DNA of 32,000 nucleotides. It comes from Candidatus Fimenecus sp. (GTDB taxonomy: Bacteria > Bacillota > Clostridia > Oscillospirales > Acutalibacteraceae). A program made the position numbers and the translations under genes. Location: contig JAZSDZ010000080.1 of NCBI GenBank assembly GCA_045531435.1, positions 2,807 through 34,806 of the forward strand. The letters are read 5' to 3'. A model generated the notes under the pieces. That model ran no database searches, was not told the origin of the DNA, and worked only from the letters and a program-made list of their open reading frames with translations. Of this stretch, positions 27,499-32,000 are shown one piece after another (position 1 is the stretch's first letter; each line of letters opens with the position of its first letter).

Positions 27499-27897
27499 TT
27501 ATTCCTCCAATGTATTTGCATATTTCTGAATCATATCAAGAATCAACTGTTCGTTTTCATTGAAAATCTTATCACATTCACGGATTTTTTCTTCAGTTTC
27601 AAGGTTTTCTTCATTAACGAGAACAACATAATAAGAATACGCTGTCTTTAAGTTTTCACAAAGAATTTCAGGAAGCAATCCACCGATTTTCTTAACTGCC
27701 TTTTCCACTTCGCCACAAAAAGCAATATTGATGAAAAATCTTGTGTGACCACCATCTTTTATTTCCTTGTAGTATGTCATAATTGTGTTATGTGGTTCAG
27801 GCACTTTTTCAAGTCTCCACAAATCCCATAAAAATTCTAATTTTTCCTGTTCTTCTGTTAGTGGCTCTTTCTTTTTAAATAAATCAAAAAGTCCCAT
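27499..27897 (-). CDS. Small cytoplasmic protein, possibly DMP19/DUF4375-like
   Basis: 132 aa. DGGHTRFFIN resembles the NGGfxQff.N motif of the DMP19 family, followed by AVKKIGG and a C-terminal helical CDKIFNENEQLILDMIQKY. The assignment is from memory of the family pattern only. Confidence 0.35.
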   Translation of the reverse strand: MGLFDLFKKKEPLTEEQEKLEFLWDLWRLEKVPEPHNTIMTYYKEIKDGGHTRFFINIAFCGEVEKAVKKIGGLLPEILCENLKTAYSYYVVLVNEENLETEEKIRECDKIFNENEQLILDMIQKYANTLEE

Positions 27898-27946
27898 GAA
27901 TTAAATCTCCTTCTTTTCGTTATTTGGCTCACCTGAAAGGGGAATT

Positions 27947-27962
27947 GTCACCGTATGGTGAC
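27947..27962 (-). other. Intercistronic hairpin between the transporter and the downstream genes
   Basis: GTCACC-gtat-GGTGAC, a perfect 6-bp stem. A second TCACC at 27929-27933 could pair with the same GGTGA arm instead. Confidence 0.4.
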
Positions 27963-27969
27963 TGAGAAG

Positions 27970-29427
27970 TTATTTCTCTATATCATATTTCTTTGACATT
28001 TTGCTCAATGCTTCTTCTCTTGTGATTTTGCCTGTATTACAGTCAATCATTAATTGAACATCCTTGTCCTTCAAATCATAGAAAAGCCATGTGATAAATG
28101 CTAAAAGACCACCGATTGCAGGAATAAGCGTATAGATTATCCAAAGTATATTAAGTGCGTGAGGTGTCTGTGTAACTCCACTCTGTTCCAATTCCTGGAA
28201 TGAGCCCACCTCAACCACTTTCCAGCCTACTGAATCAAGACCGAGAATGAAAAGCCCCAAGGCACCTGAAATTGAGCTTGTAAGCTTTGCCATAAATGTC
28301 TGAACAGCAAATGTGATACCTTTTGCTTCAGTATTTGTTTTGAATCGTCCATATTCAGCACAGTCAGGTGTGAACATACACATTTCAAGGCTGACAATTG
28401 CCAGAGGAACTGAACGGAGCGTAAAGAGAATTATGTAAACAACAGCATTACCATAGCCCAAAAGCCAGATAATAACGCTGAGTATTACATAGAGCAATAA
28501 GCAAATCTGATTTACCTTCATCTTGTCATATTTACGGATAATTTTCGGTAACAGTAATGAAACGACAAGCTGTGGAATTGTGCCGATTGCACCGACAAGC
28601 AAGGAGAATAACGCACTGTCAAAGAGGTAATATGAAACATAAAGAGTGAATGCGTTACCAATGTTGAGTGCAGAATAGAAGAAAACACCAAGATTATATA
28701 CAAGCAGATATTTGTTTCTGATAAGATATGAAAACATTCTTTTGATTGTAAATGTTTCTTCGCTTTCAGCGTGATAGCGTTCTTTAAGTCTGAATGAAGC
28801 AGGTGTCATTAAAGCGAATGCAATTACACAGATGATAATTGAGATTGTGCCGTAATTCATGCCAACCTCTTCGCTGATAAGAACAGTTGTAAGTGCAGAT
28901 GTAATACCAACCCCTGCATATGTAGTAATACTTTTGTATGACTGAATAGTGTTTCTCTCGTCAATACTCTGACTCATAGATGTAAGAATACCGAAAATAG
29001 GAACATCGCATAAGGTGTAAGCAGTATCCCATAATATGTAGGCAACGGCAAACCACACCAATTTAACTGTTTCAGATGAGTTGGACGGAATAACAAAGGT
29101 CAGTATTGTTGCAAGAGGAATGAGTATGGTGGAAATGCGTATCCAAGGCAGGTATTTCTTTCCACTCTTGAACTTAATCAAATCAAATATCGCACCAAAC
29201 AAAGTATCGTTTACAGCATCCCACACTTTTACAATAAGTATAATTGTTGCTGATTTGATAGGGTTAATGCCTAAAAACAAAAGATAGGTTGTAAGACATA
29301 CATTGAAAAGTGTGTAAATCATATTCTGACCGGCAAAATATGAATAATAGCTTGCTCTCTCAATGGGTTCAGTTGACCAACCGCCTTTGGTCACAAAAAG
29401 ATTTTTTGCTTTTGATGTAAGGTTCAT
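27970..29427 (-). CDS. GPH-family (glycoside-pentoside-hexuronide:cation) sugar symporter
   Basis: 12-TM MFS-like protein with the family N-terminal motif VKVWDAVNDTLFGAIFD. The start is set at MNLTSK (29427), 7 nt after AAGGAG; the ORF-track Met at 29433 is only 1 nt from the RBS. Confidence 0.85.
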   Translation of the reverse strand: MNLTSKAKNLFVTKGGWSTEPIERASYYSYFAGQNMIYTLFNVCLTTYLLFLGINPIKSATIILIVKVWDAVNDTLFGAIFDLIKFKSGKKYLPWIRISTILIPLATILTFVIPSNSSETVKLVWFAVAYILWDTAYTLCDVPIFGILTSMSQSIDERNTIQSYKSITTYAGVGITSALTTVLISEEVGMNYGTISIIICVIAFALMTPASFRLKERYHAESEETFTIKRMFSYLIRNKYLLVYNLGVFFYSALNIGNAFTLYVSYYLFDSALFSLLVGAIGTIPQLVVSLLLPKIIRKYDKMKVNQICLLLYVILSVIIWLLGYGNAVVYIILFTLRSVPLAIVSLEMCMFTPDCAEYGRFKTNTEAKGITFAVQTFMAKLTSSISGALGLFILGLDSVGWKVVEVGSFQELEQSGVTQTPHALNILWIIYTLIPAIGGLLAFITWLFYDLKDKDVQLMIDCNTGKITREEALSKMSKKYDIEK

Positions 29428-29444
29428 ATACATTCTCCTTATTC

Positions 29445-29502
29445 TGATAATTCACGTGCCGTTAGGCACATATCGCAAATCACGACGGTGATTTATATCG
29501 CT
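29445..29502 (-). repeat. Downstream copy of the direct repeat flanking the orphan gene (two hairpin+ATATCGC units)
   Basis: 29452-29475 is identical (24/24) to 30300-30323, and 29474-29502 matches 30358-30386 at 27/29. It contains the hairpins GTGCC-gtta-GGCAC and AAATCAC-gacg-GTGATTT, each followed by ATATCGC. Confidence 0.85.
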
Positions 29503-30193
29503 ATAATTTTAGTGACTTTTGCCACTCATCTATTCTATGATTTCTTTTATTTATGAACTCTATTGTATTATTCTTATATTTTTCGTATTCATCTTTTGTT
29601 TTAGGTAATGGATTATATGCAAAATTATCAAATGGATGTAAAAATTTTATACTTGTATAATCATCTGTGACGAGGTCTTGAAAAAAGAAAAAGTCAACAT
29701 AACCTTTAAAATTACAAAACAAATCAAAAAAATCTTTATAACCTAATAAACAATCAGTCATTGGACTTTCTATATTTAGATAGTATCGACGGATACACTC
29801 AAGAGTCAAATCAATTCTATCATTTATTCTGTGATTTAAACCTCGTTCACCGTTTATCGTCTTTTTACCTTCTATCTTATTACATGGAAAAATCGTCATT
29901 CCACCAATTGTATATGACAATTTGACGAACTCATTTATTTCCTTATCAGGTATTTGTTTGATTATTTCTTGCGTTCTTTTCCACTTGCAATAAGTATGTA
30001 TAATGGAATCACTAGAAAAAACAAAACAACCAGCATCAGAAAAATTTTTCAAGTCTTCATCTAAGTTCAATTTTTGACCATTTGGTAATACCTTACTCCA
30101 TAAATATCGGTGATATTTCTTTAGAGTAGCACTATGTGCATCCGGGTCTTTTCCAAAGGAATCGTTACGAAAGTCATATGTAATATCTATCAT
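29501..30193 (-). CDS. Orphan hypothetical protein (230 aa), AT-rich
   Basis: Intact ORF with GAGG 5 nt upstream of the ATG. Conserved-looking segments are KDPDAHSATLKKYHRYLWSKVLPNG and TINGERGLNHRINDRIDLTLECIRRYY, but I can assign no family. No signal peptide or TM helix. Confidence 0.6.
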   Translation of the reverse strand: MIDITYDFRNDSFGKDPDAHSATLKKYHRYLWSKVLPNGQKLNLDEDLKNFSDAGCFVFSSDSIIHTYCKWKRTQEIIKQIPDKEINEFVKLSYTIGGMTIFPCNKIEGKKTINGERGLNHRINDRIDLTLECIRRYYLNIESPMTDCLLGYKDFFDLFCNFKGYVDFFFFQDLVTDDYTSIKFLHPFDNFAYNPLPKTKDEYEKYKNNTIEFINKRNHRIDEWQKSLKL

Positions 30194-30210
30194 ATTAGCC
30201 TCAATTAAAA

Positions 30211-30386
30211 TATTTTAACGATATACTCGCTTACGCTCGTGCGATATAATCTCATTCGATTGCGATATTTTTATTGTCACAAAAACGATATGATATAAAT
30301 CACGTGCCGTTAGGCACATATCGTGTCGCAAGACATATCGCGTACCTCTGTATATATCGCAATTCACGACAGTGATTTATATCGCT
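30211..30386. repeat. Motif array: 4x CGATAT then 4x ATATCG (plus strand), the latter each preceded by a tetraloop mini-hairpin; includes the upstream copy of the direct repeat (30291-30386)
   Basis: CGATAT at 30219, 30242, 30263 and 30286. ATATCG at 30318, 30335, 30354 and 30379. Hairpins are GTGCC-gtta-GGCAC (30304-30317), TGTC-gcaa-GACA (30324-30335), a weak GTAC-ctct-GTAT (30342-30353) and TCAC-gaca-GTGA (30364-30375). A CACGTG palindrome at 30301-30306 sits near the orientation switch. Confidence 0.85.
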
Positions 30387-31540
30387 GAATGTGTTTGCAC
30401 TAAAAGTGCAACACATTCTACATGGTCCGTATGTGGAAACATATCCACAGGCTGAATTTTCTTTACTTTATATCCGTTTTTGGAAAGATACATCAAATCT
30501 CTTGCAAGGGTTTCAGGATTACAGCTTACATAAACAACCTTTTTCGGACTGAGCTTAATAAGAGAAGACAAAAACGGAATGTCACTTCCGGCACGGGCTG
30601 GGTCCATAATAACTGCATCAATCTGTTCGTTGTTATTTGCTAAATCAACCATAAATTTTCCTGCATCGGCTGCGAAAAACTTAATATTTTCTATGCCGTT
30701 GAGTTTTGCATTTTCCTTTGCATCCTTTACGGCATCTTTATTTATTTCAACACCGAGAACACTTTTCACATTCTTACTTGCAATAAGACCGATTGTACCT
30801 GTGCCACAATAAGCATCGATAATTCTTTCACTGCCATCAAAATCAGCATATTCAAGTGCTTTGTTGTAAAGAATTTCTGTCTGCACAGGGTTAATCTGAT
30901 AAAAAGCCTTTGGTGAAATACGGAATTTAAGTCCACAAAGCTCCTCAGTGATTTTTCCGTCACCATAAAGCACTTCACTTTTATCACCAAGCACCATACT
31001 TGTAAATTTATTGTTTACATTCTGCACAATTGTAGTAATTTCAGGATGTCTGCCAAGAAGTGCATTGACAAAAGAACGTTTTGACGGAAACTGTGGTGTT
31101 GAAGTCACAAGAACTACCATAACCTCACCACTTTTAAAGCCAGTTTTAACTAAAACATGTCTTAAAAAGCCTTGTCTTGTGTTTTCATCATAAGGCTTCA
31201 GTTTAAAGCTCTTCATCAGTTTTTTTACTGTATTTGCAATTTCATCAGCTTTTGTGTCTGTCAGCATACAACGTTCAATATCAACAATTTTATGAGTTGA
31301 TGACTGATAAACACCTGTGACAGTTTGTCCGTTACGACCGCGACCAAATGCGTACTGTGCTTTGTTTCGGTAATTATATGGTTTTTCCATTCCGATAATT
31401 TCTTCAATATGACAAAACCTGCCTAAAAGTCTGATAACTTTAACTTGTTTATGTCGTAACTGTTCTTCATATGAAAGATTTAATAACTGACATCCACCAC
31501 ACTTTTTTGCATGTGGACAAATTTGTTTTGATTTATTCAT
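30377..31540 (-). CDS. TrmA/RlmC/RlmD-family RNA (uracil-5)-methyltransferase with an N-terminal Fe-S cysteine cluster and no TRAM domain
   Basis: CPHAKKCGGCQ at the N-terminus, SAM motif DAYCGTGTIGL, IMDPARAG, catalytic Cys context YVSCNPETLARD, and a C-terminal HVECVALL. Confidence 0.85.
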   Translation of the reverse strand: MNKSKQICPHAKKCGGCQLLNLSYEEQLRHKQVKVIRLLGRFCHIEEIIGMEKPYNYRNKAQYAFGRGRNGQTVTGVYQSSTHKIVDIERCMLTDTKADEIANTVKKLMKSFKLKPYDENTRQGFLRHVLVKTGFKSGEVMVVLVTSTPQFPSKRSFVNALLGRHPEITTIVQNVNNKFTSMVLGDKSEVLYGDGKITEELCGLKFRISPKAFYQINPVQTEILYNKALEYADFDGSERIIDAYCGTGTIGLIASKNVKSVLGVEINKDAVKDAKENAKLNGIENIKFFAADAGKFMVDLANNNEQIDAVIMDPARAGSDIPFLSSLIKLSPKKVVYVSCNPETLARDLMYLSKNGYKVKKIQPVDMFPHTDHVECVALLVQTHSAI

Positions 31541-31542
31541 AA

Positions 31543-31857
31543 TTATCCTATTCTTCTACCATTTTTTATTTCGATTTTGCCAAAGAAAGGCACCTTGATA
31601 TATCCTGTGAAAGTATCGTTATGAATTTCAACTGAAACATCAACAATCATTTTGCCCATAAGGTCAATTTCGGCTTTGCCCGACAGACGGTTGCCATCTT
31701 CTTTGATGTTATAAACTCTGAAATTGGGAAGCTTTTTGAGAGATGGGACAGTAACGGTAAAATCATATTCACCATTATTATCAGTGATTTCCACAATTGC
31801 ACTGCCACTTATTACAGATGTTTCAATATCACCAGTCCATTTTCCTAATCCTATCAT
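31543..31857 (-). CDS. Small hypothetical protein (104 aa, predicted beta-rich)
   Basis: Intact ORF with an AAGGAG RBS. Its stop is 2 nt before the methyltransferase ATG, so the two are probably co-transcribed. No family recognised. Confidence 0.55.
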   Translation of the reverse strand: MIGLGKWTGDIETSVISGSAIVEITDNNGEYDFTVTVPSLKKLPNFRVYNIKEDGNRLSGKAEIDLMGKMIVDVSVEIHNDTFTGYIKVPFFGKIEIKNGRRIG

Positions 31858-31893
31858 TTCAAAGGTCTCCTTAACATTAATGCATATAACATA

Positions 31894-31922
31894 ATTTTAT
31901 CATTATTTACAAATAATGTAAA
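31894..31922 (-). promoter_or_regulatory. Promoter of the small-ORF/methyltransferase unit with an operator-like perfect palindrome in the spacer
   Basis: Minus strand: TTTACA, 17-nt spacer, TAAAAT. The palindrome CATTATTT-ac-AAATAATG (31901-31918) fills the spacer and touches the -35 element. Confidence 0.45.
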
Positions 31923-31967
31923 GCAAAAAAACAGTCCTGTTTATTCTCCTTTTTTAAACACATTCCA

Positions 31968-31996
31968 TTGACAATGGTGAAAAATAGGAGTAAAAT
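31968..31996 (+). promoter_or_regulatory. Candidate sigma-A promoter firing out of the right window edge
   Basis: TTGACA (31968-31973), 17-nt spacer, TAAAAT (31991-31996). The target gene lies outside the window. Confidence 0.35.
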
Positions 31997-32000
31997 AATA

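Noticed and set aside
30205-30255. A 16-codon minus-strand mini-ORF (MRLYRTSVSEYIVKIF) upstream of the orphan gene might be a leader peptide
   Set aside because: There is no Shine-Dalgarno sequence upstream and no regulatory codon run. It is most likely a chance ORF in AT-rich DNA.
29456-30317. Integron attC sites: the flanking hairpin contains GTTAGGC, which matches the GTTRRRY core site (inverse core GCCTAAC on the other strand)
   Set aside because: The motif is degenerate and expected many times by chance. It sits in a 5-bp mini-hairpin rather than in a 60-120-nt imperfect palindrome with paired R''/L''-L'/R' boxes. No intI or attI is present in the window.
30211-30386. The repeat array might be a CRISPR array
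   Set aside because: The conserved core is only 6-7 nt, with spacing of 17-25 nt and mixed orientation. CRISPR repeats are 24-48 nt, in the same orientation, with 25-70-nt spacers. No cas genes or leader are present.
29445-30386. The orphan gene might be an IS element or transposon passenger
   Set aside because: The flanks are direct repeats, not inverted ones. They are far longer than typical target-site duplications. The 230-aa protein shows no DDE, HUH or serine/tyrosine recombinase motif that I can recognise.
495-31193. Numerous 60-120-aa ORFs nested in or antisense to large genes (for example 495-707, 3846-4337, 6608-6919, 15427-15729, 26606-26965, 30579-30812)
   Set aside because: All lie wholly inside well-supported genes on the opposite strand or in another frame. 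They lack an RBS and have skewed composition typical of shadow ORFs.

Overview
This looks like a chromosomal segment of a low-GC, endospore-forming Firmicute (Clostridia-like). That inference rests on a complete spoIID / spoIIAA-spoIIAB-sigF block, the Bacillus-type darA-holB-ricT synteny and AGGAGG-type ribosome-binding sites. I call about 30 protein-coding genes and one tRNA.

Left to right:
- a 5'-truncated GyrA/ParC-family topoisomerase subunit, secG and tRNA-Lys(UUU)
- a flavoprotein-Rieske fusion
- three different serine hydrolases with a divergent XRE regulator
- a DtxR/MntR-type repressor with two flavoproteins
- a zinc-ribbon/PASTA membrane protein whose kinase domain has lost every catalytic residue
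- a large lipoprotein directly downstream of sigF, and spoIID
- citrate synthase, an unknown polytopic membrane protein and an AEC transporter
- darA-holB-ricT and a 56-aa clostridial ferredoxin that is missing from the ORF track
- a membrane-anchored MerR regulator
- a long minus-strand unit: small unknown gene, TRAM-less RNA m5U methyltransferase, orphan gene, GPH sugar symporter, DMP19-like protein, GH35 beta-galactosidase, SGNH esterase

I found no CRISPR array, cas gene, transposase, integrase, phage module or recognisable defence system.

The one locus that looks accessory and unexplained is 29.44-30.42 kb. An AT-rich 230-aa orphan gene there is bracketed by long direct repeats. These repeats are built from reiterated units of a tetraloop mini-hairpin plus ATATCG(C). 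Upstream of the orphan, the hexamer occurs four times in one orientation and four times in the other, around a CACGTG centre.

The other points worth a second look are the PASTA pseudokinase, the lipoprotein sitting where spoVA genes normally follow sigF, and the MerR regulator with three C-terminal transmembrane helices. All functional calls come from reading motifs by eye. No database search was possible.
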